Shown piece by piece: positions 1 through 13,860 of a DNA stretch of 64,000 bases; position 1 is the stretch's first letter; every line of letters starts with the position of its first letter. The position numbers and the translations under genes are program-made. Location: the NCBI RefSeq assembly GCF_009914755.1, contig NC_060930.1. The stretch is one strand, 5' to 3'. Under the pieces are notes generated by a model. That model did no database searches, was not told where the DNA came from, and saw only the letters and a program-made list of their open reading frames with translations. Source of the stretch: the human T2T-CHM13v2.0 reference genome, Homo sapiens.

Positions 1-22
1 TCTCAAAAAAAGAAAAAATAAA
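1..22 (+). mobile_element. 3' end and A-tail of an Alu running in from outside the window
   Basis: TCTC followed by an A-rich tail at the window start. Confidence 0.6.
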
Positions 23-56
23 TTCTACCAAAGAGAAGATTTTTATCTTTCAACAG

Positions 57-160
57 GTGGGAGGCCCTTGGGTATTCTAATCCTAGTTGATCTACGCTCT
101 GCTGTCACATCAAAACATCACTAAATGAAGTGGAAAATCCTCTGGCGTGTCCTCTTTAAA
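57..160 (+). other. Candidate non-coding exon
   Basis: Acceptor ttttatctttcaacAG (55-56) and donor AAA|GTAAGG (161); stop codons in all three frames. Confidence 0.25.
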
Positions 161-754
161 GTAAGGAGATGGGTTCTAGAGTATAGGAAGGGTTATGACC
201 TCGGGGAGATGCTGTGACGACTACAATTTAGAAACTATATGCTGCATTGTAAATAGGATCATGTGCTTCTCACCAGCTACCATCCAAGATAAAGAGCATG
301 ACACAAAGCTTCAGGAACCCACAGGCAGGCATGTTTACACTAGCAAATTATAAGCAGATGAGTTCTGTTTATCTGCGTTTATAAAACTCAGCCTGGCCCA
401 GATACAAAAGCTCATTAGGAATCTACAGTGTGCTCTAAGTTGTACCTGTGTTGCCAGGGTGCCAAAACAAAGGGCTGATTTAATGACCATAAACAATCAA
501 CTCAACTTGTTGTTTGACATATACAAAACTATACTGTAGACCATGTTCCAACAAAGCTAGAGTTGGCCAACTGAAGTTTTCTTTTTTCACTTGCCCAGGT
601 ATTACACAGACAGTCATGTTCCTAGAGCATATACCTAACAAGCCAAAATATTCAGGTTTAAAATTCAACTTCCCGCTATGCTTTGGATGGACTGTGATCT
701 CAGTGGTCTTTTTCTTTGTGGACCAGCTGCTGATTAGGGCTGTCAGTCACAAAG

Positions 755-1090
755 CATAGGGTGTACTGTAACTAGCTTAAGCAGAAAAGCAATTTCTTGG
801 AGAGTATTAGGTAACTTTTTCCAAAATCCCTAAGAAGACAAAGGGATGGGACTTGGTACTAAGCAGCCAGGAACCGCAGACTTACTGCAGTCCCAGTCCT
901 GGGCACGGGACCCCACTGTCAGCCACCACTGCTGTCTCTGAAAGCTGCTGCCTTTTCATTCCACTCAGACTCCTCCATGGGAAGCAAAACCACACCTCAG
1001 CTACTTTCAGAAGAGGATTGTATGGGTGGGCCAAGTCACATGCCATCATCCTAGTTCAAAAAAGGCTGGTAAGCTGAATTCTAATTCCTA
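755..1090 (-). mobile_element. Old MaLR LTR (MLT1K/L-like)
   Basis: actagcttaagcagaaaagcaatttcttgga and ccaagtcacatgcc...aggctggtaag resemble antisense MLT1 motifs. Confidence 0.55.
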
Positions 1091-1989
1091 CATTGGAGAG
1101 GTAGGACTCAAGTGGGAATGCCCCTAAATATAGAATGACTGGTCAAAATGCAGTGGCCAGCCAAAGTATGACATGCGTATCCACAAAACCATAAAGTATA
1201 TCTTTGTCTTACTTTTCTTGGAAACCATTTGGTTTATAACAAGATCAAAGTTTATAAGGATAAATATAGCAAGGTATCTCCTGGTTTTGAATTGACTTAT
1301 GACTACAGTATGAACTCTAAATTCAAATAAATGTATATGCCACTAACAATCATTTTCCTAGTAGACTACCCAAAATGGGTCTGATCACCAGAGTTGATGT
1401 GGTCTGTGTGGTGCTGTGAAATAAGCAGCTTAAAAATGAAAAAGGTCTTACTCATTAATCTGTGTAATTTTTCACCTGGCTACATCACATGAGACTTTCT
1501 TTATAACAGATAAAACAGAAAGCTTCTCTCTTTGCCTAGTAGTTTATATTTCATGAATATCTGCTTCCACTTATATGTCCCTTTTTTCCCCTTAAAAAAA
1601 CATGTTTTTAAAATTGTGCTTAGAAATCAGACCCAACTGTAAATCAGGGAAACAGCCCTTGTATACATTTACATCTATCAGGTTTCTGGGTTATACTAGT
1701 AATAGATGAAATAAAACTGAATCACCTCCCTGCATTCCACTAAAATGCTCATGAATTAAAATATGGCTACTTCAACCTATAAGCCCCCATCAGGCCAAAT
1801 AGGAAAATGCTAGAGGTATTCTCGTTATAGTCAGGAATGAGAAAGGAACATCAACAATTAAATCATACAATTTTATACTTATATGAAGATAACTACAAAA
1901 CCTCTCACTATGAAACAAATCAATTCCCTATGTGAAAATTAAAAGATAAGTATAAGCCAAAAAATTGGAAGGTAAAAACTTAATATTTT

Positions 1990-2487
1990 CTTTTATCTCC
2001 AGGTAAATACTTGTTAAACAAAAACAAGGAAATCATAAGGGAAAATAGTAGTACAGTTTATTATAAACAATTTTTAAACAACATTAATATGCCAAAAGTG
2101 CCATAAATAAAATTTTAAGTATAATAGCGCAAAGAGAAAATATTTGTAAAATGTGACAGTTCATTTGTATTTTCATCATAAATAATTCTTATAAATAATG
2201 GGACAAATAACCTACGAGGAAAATGGGCAAAAGACAAAAAAAAAAAAAAACATGTCCCAACAGTATATTTTTAAAAATCCATCTTACTAAACCATAAAGA
2301 ACTGAAGATTAATACAACCAAGTGAGTGCTGTGTTATTTTGTTAGACTGTCAAAGAGTTGTAAATGATAATACTATCATGAAATAAGGATTTATATGTCT
2401 CTGATTAATGTGAAAATTCATCAAAGAAATTCAGCAATTTGATTTGAATCTTGAAATAAAATTCATGCCCTTCGACCAAGTGTTAGG
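1990..2487 (+). mobile_element. Ancient L1 (L1ME-type) 3' fragment
   Basis: A-rich; aaaatatttgtaaaa, aaatgggcaaaagac and cccttcgacc match degenerate L1 ORF2 end/3'UTR. Confidence 0.6.
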
Positions 2488-2492
2488 CCAAG

Positions 2493-2955
2493 TGTCAGGT
2501 TCCAGCCCAAGCTGAGGACTGAGGGGAGTGGGTAGACCAGTGGCAGGTAGCTGGAAGAATACTCAAGGAATCATAAACAGTTTCAACATGGCTTTTACTC
2601 TCTCTGGGTGTGAGCAAGCCCAGGTGCAAGCTGTGGGCATAAACCTGGGCACGAGCCTGGCCATGAGCCTGGCCTCAAGCCAACCTGGGTGCAAGCCATA
2701 AGTACATTCTCTCTCTGGGAGTGAGCCTGGGCATAACCCATATGTACAGCGTTAGCAGGGTAATTATACCATTTACAGACAACAGTGGCTCCGAGCCAAG
2801 CACAAGCTCACATGGGTGATCACCTAATGTGCCTCACATGGTGTGGTTTCATAATGTGCAGAGTTGTGCACCTGCACTCCAAACCCATTGAGTCATGCTA
2901 CATTGGAAGGCCACCTTGGCCTACCCTTGACTGCAGCACATTCATTTTCCTTACA
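2493..2955 (-). mobile_element. Solo LTR18-family LTR (HERV-L18)
   Basis: Reverse complement starts TGTAAGGAAAATG...AGGCCAAGG...CATGACTCA...GGTGATCACCCATGTGAGCTTGTGCTTGGCTCGGAGCCAC and ends CCTGACA; 5 bp TSD ccaag/tcaag. Confidence 0.9.
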
Positions 2956-3869
2956 TCAAGTCACTTTAATACTAATACTATTTACTCAGGAAATAATTTT
3001 TAAACAATAGACTCAACAACAATAAGCTAGACTATAGCAGAAGAGAACAAAAATGGAAGACAACATGAGGTAGCCAGCAGAGTTCCTTGTGAGAGCAAAA
3101 ATGAGCCAGTTCCTGTGGAATTCATGGCCTATCTATCAGGAATTGTTGATGGAAAGGGTGCTGTGATGTGGCCATCACTGCTGATGGCCCAGGTATGGCT
3201 AGTGACACCCACCAGTGTCCAGGGAACTGATGATGAGGGATTCACAGCCACTGTCTCCTGATAGTCCCACTCCAGGTCTCTATGAGCATAGCAGGCAGTT
3301 TACAAAGGGAAAGTCTGTGAACATTTCAGCCTGGTACCGATCCATGTAAATTTGAACAGTAGATGTAACAAAAACTAAACCTTGAATTGTTGCTTATTAA
3401 CAAACTATAAATTACCTACTACAAGAAATGAAGCCCAGTTGCCAGACCAACATAGGATATGGACAACTAACTAGATGAGGTCTCAGAAAAAGCAATGGAA
3501 GGCTTGCTGACTTAGAGTCTAATGCAACTTTAATGTAATCTTTATCAAGCAACTATGCTATAATTTCTCTGTCCATGTTCCATTAGAACATCCAAAATCA
3601 TCTACCTGAACCATCAATCCCTTGCTGCCATTCTTGATGACAAGTTGGGATTTTCTAATTCAGTAAAAAAATAGAGTATAAGAAACTAGCCGCATGTAAA
3701 AACCCCAAGCTTAGACAATCTCTCACTGAGCCAGATAGAGGGAGCCTGGATAAAAATCAACACACTATGCCATCCATTGCAGCTATTATTAATTCAAAAT
3801 TCCCCTAACACTTGTGACAAATTTTTAACATATCTAAAATTGATAGTTCCATGTGTGCCAAACACCCTT

Positions 3870-4470
3870 TATATGGCCTATGGATGCAAACAGACATTGT
3901 TGGCTTTGTTCAACTTTATGCCTTTCTCTATTTTACTCATTATACCTCAAACCACATTGTCACTTTCAGTTCCTCAAATACATCAAGCTTATTTCTTTCT
4001 TGAGATTTATGTACCTGCTGATCCCACCTCCAGGAATGCCGTTCCCTTGAGTCTTTACATACCTACTTACCCTTCAAGTCTCAGAACAAATGAGACGTTT
4101 CTTGACCTTTCTAGTGATTCTCAACTAGCCCTGTATAATTGGTTCTCAAACTTGGCTGTACATTGGAATCATCTGAGGTTTTTTAAAAACATTGATGCCT
4201 GCATCTCCTCCCCAAAAATTCTGATTTAATTTGTCTGGGGTAAAGTCTTGGCATTTAATTTTTAAAATACCCCCAGGTGATTCTAAATTGCATGAAATTT
4301 TAGAATCACTGGCCTATATCTTTTCACCATATTTGTTTCCTTTATAGCACTTTGCAGGCTATAATAGTGATTAATGTGCTTTTTTTAAATTTATTGGCTG
4401 TTGACCATAAAGGCAGGATTTATGTTTATTTTATTTATCACCAAAAGTATTTGATGAGTGAATACATAAT
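3870..4470 (+). mobile_element. L2 3' end, interrupted by a MER5
   Basis: Pyrimidine-rich L2 3' motifs ending aagtatttgatgagtgaata. Confidence 0.7.
4131..4311. mobile_element. MER5A/B hAT-Charlie MITE
   Basis: ggttctcaaacttggctgtacattggaatcatctg...ccccaggtgattctaa...agaatcactg; internally palindromic. Confidence 0.8.
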
Positions 4471-4519
4471 GGAAAAAAATCACTGAGCATTTCATATTCG
4501 ACATTAAAAAGTCATAGTA

Positions 4520-4850
4520 GCCCAAACTACCACTTCTGCAAGTTCAATGTTCCTATAAATCATCTAGCGTCTTGTCAAAATATGAATTCACATTCTGTAT
4601 GATTTGGGAGAAGGCCGAGATTTTACACTTCTAACAAACTCCCACATTTTGGGTAGCAAGGGTCTAACATAATGTTTGCCCGAACATCCCTAAAAATAAG
4701 AGTCACTTGCAACCTCTAACTAAAAGAACAAATTACTGGTTCCCAATTCAGAATTACTTAATCAGAATTTCCATAGGAGGAGAATGGTAATCTGCATATA
4801 TAATATGCATCCCAGCTGATTATTATCTTCAGGGAGGTTTGGTAAGCTGA
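4520..4850. mobile_element. Two degenerate MER5-type fragments
   Basis: cttctaacaaactccca...gggtagcaagggtcta and aatcagaattt...catcccagctgatt. Confidence 0.55.
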
Positions 4851-5509
4851 AGAGTTACTCAGATACTATTACTTATTGTGTCTGTTTTCAAAAGTAATAA
4901 AAGGAAATTGCTAATTAGATTAGCAATTAACCCCCCTCCCCCCTATATATAAATAAAACTCTGGACAAAATAGAATGAAAAACTACCTGAAGATTCTGGA
5001 GAATAACAAAAGCAAGTAGATTCTGAAAGGAAGCTGACACTTGAGAAAAGAAACTGGTAAGGGGTTGCTTTTCCCTTTTTATGGCATTTAGTCCCAAATC
5101 AGTCATGCTGAAGTCTGTCGGTAAAGAGAAGCTAAAACTCTAATGAAAAAACAGAAGTCTAGGAGAACAGACTTCAGGGTAACCATGGTCACTTGATTAT
5201 ATAGGAGGAAGGCTAAAAAGTAGCGACCCAGAGGGAAAGAGCCCAAAATCTGTGTGCAAACTTTTGCCTGAATCTCTAGCTAAGCCCTGAACTGTGCATG
5301 GGTGGGTAGTCTGCAAGCAAACCACCTAAGGATAAAACAACTGAATGGAGATTTGAGTAACTGCCAAGAGGCATAGTTTGCAAGTTTAAGTCTAACAAAC
5401 TTCACTGGCAACCAAAATAAAATTGCCAACATTCTTAAGAGGATTATAATTGAATCCAGTCTCCATAACACAACATTCACAATGTCCAAGATAGAAATCA
5501 AAATTAGTT

Positions 5510-5795
5510 AGATACAAAAAGACAAATATTGTGTTATTCTACTTATGTAAGGTATGTAGAATAGGCAAACTCATAAGGACAGAACATAGAAGTTACCAGG
5601 GGCTGGAAAAAGGGAGACTGAGACTCTGGAACTCTTTAATAAACAGAGTTTCCATTGGGATGATGAAAAAGATCTGGAGATGGACAGTGGTGATGATTCC
5701 ACACATTGTGAAGTACTTATTGCCACTGCAATGTACCCTTAAAAATGGTTAACATTATACATTTTATATTGTGTATGTTTTGCCATAAAATAGAA
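5510..5795 (+). mobile_element. Separate L1MB-type 3' end fragment
   Basis: gaataggcaaactcata...gttaccaggggctgg...ttaaaaatggttaa followed by an A-rich tail. Confidence 0.75.
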
Positions 5796-8227
5796 AATAA
5801 ACCCACTATAACAGAAATGAAGCCTGCTTTCAGTAGATCATCAGTAGACTGAGCACAGGTTAGAAAAGAAGCTGTGAGCTTGAAGATATGTCAACAGAAA
5901 ATTCCAAAATGAAGAGTAAAGAGAAAAAAGAATGAAATAAAAAGGAATAGAATATCCAAGAACTATGGGACAATTATAAAACTGTAGGACAATGATGCAA
6001 TATATGTGTAATGAGAATGCCAGAAAGAGAAAAAAGAAGAGAAAGAAACAGAAGAAATATTTTAAGTAATAATGGCTAAGGATTTTCCAAAATTAATGTC
6101 AGACACCAAAACATGGATTCAGGTAGCTCAGAGAGCAACAACCAGGATAAACACCAAAATATCTATACCTAGGAATATCATATTAAAACTGCAAAAAAAA
6201 TACAAAGAGAAAATGTTGAAAAAAGCCATAGAATAAAAATACTTATAGAGAAACAAGAATAACAATTACATCAGACTTATCTTCAGAAATCATGGCAGCA
6301 AGAATAATGTGGAGGGAAATATTTTAAATGTTGAAAGAAAAAAACCCACTAAGTGAGAATTCTGTTTCTACTGAAATTATCCTTCTAAAGTGAAGAAGAA
6401 ATAAAGATTTTCTCAGGCACACAAAAATTGAGATAATTTGTTGACAGTATAACTGCTTTACAAGAAATATTAAAAGAAGTTCTTCAGAGAGAAGGAAAAT
6501 GATATAGGTTGGAAACTCAGACCTACGTAAAGAAAGGGAGCTGGTGAAGGAATAAATGAAGGTGAAATAAAGTCTTTTATTTTTCTTGTTCTCAATTGAT
6601 TTAACAAACAAGAGTTTATTCAAAATAATAATAGAAACAATCATTGAGTGATTATAATTTATAGAGAAGTGAAATGCAATACAATAAGGTAGAGAGGGAG
6701 GGACTTAGGAATATTCTGTTACAAGGGCTTGCACTAGTCATGAAACAGTATAGTATTATTTGAAATTGGACTTGGATTAGTTGTAAATGCATATTGCAAA
6801 CTCTAGGGGAACCACTAAAAAAGTTGTTTTTTTTTTAAGAAGGATAATATATATGATAGAAAAGGAGAAGAAAGAGAATCATATAAAATGCCCAATTAAA
6901 ATCAGTGAAGGCAGGAAAAGTATGAAAGACAAAAAAGAAAGAACCATGGCAACAAATAGAAAACAGATACAAATATGGTTGATATTGATCCAACTATATC
7001 AATAATCACTTTATATGTGAATGGTCTAAATACACCCATTAAAACACAGAGGCTATTGGAGTGGATAAAATGAACAAACAAACCAAAAAAAAAAAAAAAA
7101 GACCCAACTATATTTTGTCTAAAATAAATCCACTTCATATATATGAAGACATAAATAGATTAACAGTAAAATAATGAAGATATACTATGCTGACACTAAT
7201 CAAAAGAAAATAGAAATAACTATATAGATTCAAATAGAGCAGACTTCAGAGTAAATAAAAATTATCAGGTATAGAGAAAGAACACTTTATATAACAACAA
7301 AGGGGGTCAATTCTCCAAGAAAACATAACAACCTCCCCCGCCCAAAAAAAGCCATAACAATCCTTAATATGTACATACCTAAAACAGAATGTCAAAATAC
7401 ATGAGGCAAAAATCAATAAAACTGCAAACTAAAACTATTATAGCTGAAGACTTGAACACCCCTTTATCAGTAATTGAGAGATCCAACAAGCAGAAAAGGA
7501 CATAGTTGAACTGAACAGCACCATCAATTAACCAGATCTAAATGCCATTTATAGAATATTTCATCAAACAACAGCAGAATATACATTCTTTTCAAGGTCA
7601 CATGAAACACCCATCAAGATAGATCACATTTGGGGCCATAAAACACACCTTAACAAATTCTGAATAATAATAGAAATCATACAGAGTATGTTCTCAGACC
7701 ACAATGGAATTAAACAAGAAATCAATAATAGAAGGATATCTGGAAAACCTCAGAATATTTGGAGATTAAACAAGATATGTGTAAATAACAGATAGGTCAA
7801 AAAATCTCAAGAGAAACTTAAAAATATTTTGAACAAAATGAAAATGAAAACACAGTTTATCAAGATTTGTGGGGTGCAGTGAAAGCAGTGCATAGAGGGG
7901 AACTGAGAACACTGAATGTATATATTAGAAAATAAGAAAGATTTAAAATAAATCTAAGTTTTTACCTTAAGAAACTAGAAAAAAATAAACAATGAAAACC
8001 TGAAGCAACAGAGAGAAATAATAAAAATTAAAGCAGAAATCAATGAAATTAAAAAACAGGAAAACAATAGAGGAAATCAATGAAGCCAAAGTGTCTCTTT
8101 GTAAAGATCAATGTTAGTGACAAACTTCTAGCCAGGCTAACCGAGGAAGAAAGAGAGGTGACACAAATTATCAGAATATGAAATATCAGAATGAAATAAT
8201 ATGAGAAATGTAAAAAAAAGAGGAATA

Positions 8228-8669
8228 CGGGTGGTGTAATTCAGTCTTGAGTTTGAAAGCCTGAGAACCAGAGGAGCCCATGGTGTAACTCCCAGTCTGA
8301 GGCCAAAGGCATGAGAACTAGTGAATGGGAGGAGGAGTGAAGGTAGGTGAGGGTGTATGAGCCCCAGAGTGCAAAGGTCCAAGTACCAGGAGCTCCAACG
8401 TCCAAGGGCAGGAGAAGATGATGTCCTAGCTCAAGAAAAAAAAGAGAGAAAATTTTCTTTTCCTCTACCTTTGTGTTCTATCCAGACCCTCAATGGGTTG
8501 GGTGTTGCCCACCCACACTGGTAAAGGCAGATCTTCCTTAGTCTACTGATTCAAATGCTAATCTCTTCCAGAAACACCCTCACAGACACATCCAGAAATA
8601 ATGCTTTACCAGCTATCTGGGTATTTTTAGCCCAGGTAGTCAAGTAGATACACAAAATTAACTATTACA
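8228..8669 (-). mobile_element. MLT2 (ERVL) LTR, truncated, inside L1 ORF2
   Basis: aaatgctaatctcttccagaaacaccctcacagacacatccagaaataatg...aaaattaactattaca is the antisense MLT2 5' end. Confidence 0.9.
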
Positions 8670-10322
8670 AAAGGATAATAAAGGAATATTATGAACAACT
8701 CTGCCCAGAAATTCTTTGAATGAGACAGTCTATGAAAATTCATACAAGGAAAAATAAACAATCTCAATGGCTCTATATTTATTTAAAATTTTGATTCAAT
8801 AATTAATCATCCTCCAAAAAAGAAACACCAAGCTGATGGTTTCAATGCTGAATTCTACCAAACATTTAATGAAGAAATGATATCCATTCTCTACAATCTC
8901 TTCAAAAATATACAAGTGAAGATATTACTTCCTAATTCATTCTATGAGACCAGCATTACCAAAGCTGGATAAAGACATTACAATAAAGGAAAATTACAGA
9001 CCAATATCTCCCATGACAGATATAAAAATCTACAACAAAATATTAGCACGTTTAATCCAACGGTGTTCTTTGAAAAAAAGAAATATGCACCACAAGCAAG
9101 TGGAATTTATTCTAGGTATGTATGGCTAGTTCAACATTCAGAATTCCATTAATGCAATCTATCACATTAACAAGCTAAAGCAGAAAAATCGTATGATCAT
9201 ATAAATATATGCAGAAAAAGAACTTGACAAAATCTAACACTCACTCATGATAAAAGCTCTCAAAAAAAAAACCAGGGATAGAGGGGAACTTCCTCAGCTT
9301 GACAAAAAAAAAAAACTATTTAAAAAAAAACACAGCTAACATTATACTTTAATGGTGATAAATGAGGTGCTTTCCCCCTAAGATCAAGAAGGTAAGGATG
9401 TCCCTTCTCACCATTTCTACTCAACATTAACCTGGAAGCCCAGGCTCATGGCAGTAAGATAAAAAAAAGGGAATAAAAAGTATGGATATTGAGAAGGATG
9501 AAATAAAACTCTTTTCTCACAGATAACAGATTTGCTACGTAGAAAATCCCAAAGAATCAACAAAAAAAACTCCTGGAACTAATAAGCAATTATAAAAAAG
9601 TTGTAGGACACAAGATTAATATAAAAAGTCAGTTTCTTTCCTATATGCCAGCAACTAACAATTAGAATTTTAAATTAAACACACATAGCATTTTCATTGG
9701 CAGCATAAAAATTAAACACTTATGTATAAACTTAGCAAAGTACATATAAGATCTACATAAGAAAAAGCATAAAACTCCGATGAAAGAATTTAAAAGATTT
9801 CTAAATAAATGGCTATACTGCTCCACATTCATGGATAGGAAGACTCAATATTGTCAAGATGTTAGGGTTTCCCAACTTGATCTATGGATTTAATGTGATC
9901 CCAATCAAAATGCCAGCAAGTTATTTTGTGGATATCAACAAACTGATTCTAAAGTTTATATGGAGAAGCAAAAGACCCAGAAAAACCAACATAATACTGA
10001 AGAGGACTGATATTACCTAACTTTAACACTTAGTACAAAACTACAATAATGAAGACAGTATGGTATTGGTAAAAGAATAGACAGTACATCAATAGAACAG
10101 AATAAAGAGTTCAGAAATAGACTCATACAATACAGTTAATGGATCTTTGACAAAGAAACAAGGGCTATTCAATGGAGAAAGCATAGTCTTTTCAATAGAT
10201 GGACCAGAAACAATTGAACATCCACATGCAAAGTAGTGAATCTAGACCTTACACCTTTCACAAAAATTAACTCAATGGATCATAGGCCTAAATGTAAAAT
10301 GTAAATTTATAAGACTTCTGGA

Positions 10323-10770
<448 letters not shown>

Positions 10771-12602
10771 TTAAAACTCAACAAGAAAAACAATCCCATT
10801 GAAAAATGGACAAAATATCTGAATAGACATCTCACCAAAGAACATATACAGATGGCAAATAAGTATATGAGAAGATGTTCAACATTATATGTCATTAGGG
10901 ATTTGCAAATTAAAGCAACAAGGAGATACCACCACACACCTATTAGAATAGCCAAAATCCAAAACGCTGACACCACCACATGCTGGGGAGGGTGTCAAAC
11001 AGTTGGAACTCTCATTCACTGTTGGTGGTAATGCAAAAAAATACAGTCGTTTGGAAGACAGGTTGGCAGTTTCTTACAAAGTTAAAACATAGTCTTACCA
11101 TACAATCCAGCAATCCTATTCCTAAGTATTTATGCAAATGAGCTGAAAACTTACATTCACACAAAAACTTGCACACAATATTTATATCAGCTGTATTCAT
11201 ATTTGCTAAAAACTGGAAGCAACCAAGATGGCTTTCAGTGGGTGAATTGATAAGCAAGTTGTGATACAGCCAAATTCACTAAAATAAAAATGCAATTTAC
11301 TTTTAAATTAAAATTTTTTAAATTAAAAATTACATTTTAAAATACCAAATCAACAATTTATATAATATAGATAAATTCTTTGAAAAATATCCATGAACTA
11401 GAAAATCTGAACAACTCTAAATATTTTTTTAAAGAAAGTGGATTCATAACCAAAATCTTCCCACTAAGAAATCTCTAGGCCCATACAGTTTCATTAGTGA
11501 ATTCTATAAAATTTTCTGGGAAGAAATAACACCAATTTTACGCAAGTGCTTTCTGAAAATCGAGGAGGATGGAACCCCTTCGAACATGTTTAATTAGGTT
11601 AGCATACCCTGGTACCAAAACCTGACAAAGACATTACCAAAAAGAAAAGTTCAGATAAATATCCTTTCTGAACATAAATGCAAATATACTTAACCAACCT
11701 ACAGCTAATTGAAGCTAGCAATGTATTTAAAAGATTTTACCTGATAGGGATATGCTAGGAGTGGAAGGTTGGTCTAACACTTTAAAAATCAATGTAATTT
11801 TTCATATTAACAAAATAAAAGAAAAAAGATGATAATTTCAATAGATGCAGCAAAAGCATCTGACAAAATCTTATGTTCATTCCTGATTGTAAAAAAAAAC
11901 TCTCAGCAAACTAGAAATAAAAGGGAACTTCCTCAATCAGATAAAATCATCTATAAAAAACCTCTGCTTAACATCTATACTTAATGTGAATATTGTCCTG
12001 TAAGACTGGAAATAAGACAAGCATGTACACTTCATTGCACATTGTCCTGGAAATCCTAGTCAATGCAAGAGGACAGGTTTAAAAAAAATGAAAGGAATAA
12101 ATATTGGAAAGGAAGAAATAAAACTGTCTCTATTTCTGGATGACACATTGTTTACACAGAAAATCCTAGGACATCTATTAAACAACTATTAAAATAAGTA
12201 AATAAGTGAGGTTAGCAAGGTTGCAGAAATCATAATCAATATACAAAAACCAACTGTAATTTTTCATAATAAAAATATAAACAATTAAAAATTGACGTTT
12301 AAAAATTGATATTATTTATAATAGCATCAAAAACATAAAATACATAGGAATAAATTTAACAACAGACATGCAATTCTTCTATACTAAAAACTACAAAACA
12401 TTTGTAAGAGAAATTTTAAAAGATCTAAGTGAATGGAGAGATTGAGCATATTTATGGATTTGAAGTTTAATATTCTTATGATATCAATTCTGCACACACT
12501 GTATAGATTCAGCACAATCTCAGTCATCTCAACAGGCCTTTTAAAAAATAGAAGTTGACAAGCTGACTCTAAAATGTGTATTGAAATGCAAAGGACCTAG
12601 AA

Positions 12603-12814
12603 CTGGGCAGTCTAATACATACAATAGCCAGAGTTGGCTGTTTATATTTAAATTTTAATTAGTTAAAATTAAATATAATTAAAAATTTATTTCTCCTTTC
12701 TCATTAGCCATATTTTAAGTGCTCAATAGCCGCACAAGGCTAGAGACTGTCGTATTGAACAGCATAGATATACACCTTTTCTATCATTGCAGGAAGCTCT
12801 ATTAGAAAGTGCTG
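12603..12814 (-). mobile_element. MER3 hAT-Charlie element
   Basis: Reverse complement cagcactttctaatagagcttcctgcaatgatag...gctattgagcacttaaaatatggcta; 8 bp TSD acctagaa/acctaaaa. Confidence 0.85.
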
Positions 12815-13230
12815 ACCTAAAATATCCAAAGCAATTCTAACAAATAACAAAATTGGAAGACTTATACTACCTGTCTTTAAGACTCACAATAAAGATTCAC
12901 TCATCAAGAATGTGTGATATGCACATAAGGATCAACAAAATAATCAACAGAACGGAAGAGAGAGCCCAGAAATAGACCCCTATTTATGCCATTATTTGAT
13001 TTTCAACAAAAGCTCTAAAGCAATCCAATGAAGTAAAATAAATCTTTTCAAGAAATAGTGCTGAAATAACTATCATTATAAATAAAATGAACAACCACCT
13101 CTATGTCACACTATATACAAAAAATAATTTGAGGTGTATTCTAGTCTTAACATAGCCAAAATCACAAAGCTTTTATAGGAGAACATAAAAAAAAAATCTT
13201 TTTGACTTGAGAGTAGGCAAAGTTTTCTTA

Positions 13231-13455
<225 letters not shown>

Positions 13456-13570
13456 TCACTAAACATATATTTGACAAAGGACTGGTACCAAGACACATAA
13501 AGAACTTCTACAACATAGTAAAACAATCCAATTTTAAAATGGTTAAAAGATTTAAACAAACACTTTACAG

Positions 13571-13572
<2 letters not shown>

Positions 13573-13621
<49 letters not shown>
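13573..13621. repeat. Compound (CA)n(TA)n microsatellite
   Basis: Read directly from the sequence. Confidence 0.95.
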
Positions 13622-13714
13622 CGGCCGATTAGTACATGAAAAAGTGTTCGACATCACTAATCTCACAAATACAAATTAAAACCAATTGAGATACCATAAC
13701 ACTCCCATTCACAC

Positions 13715-13860
13715 AATTCAAAGAGGTAGACACTGTTATTATTCCCATTCTACAAAGAGAGAACCAAGATATGGATAAGTAGTCATTTGCTTAAGGCAAT
13801 ATTTAGCAAATGGTGGAGCTGAGACTTAAACTCAGGCTGTGTAGTAGTAACTCTGTCATG
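13715..13860 (-). mobile_element. MIR
   Basis: ttattattcccattctaca...aaatggtggagctgagacttaaactcagg antisense MIR core. Confidence 0.75.

Noticed and set aside
2605-2735. Short spaced repeats (gagcctggg) superficially like an array
   Set aside because: Internal tandem repeats of the LTR18 element; not CRISPR-like, and the DNA is eukaryotic
3777-4229. 150 aa ORF
   Set aside because: Starts at TTG and runs through L2 and MER5 sequence; no recognisable protein
4906-4928. 10 bp perfect hairpin aattgctaat-tag-attagcaatt
   Set aside because: Short and AT-rich; plausible by chance in 64 kb
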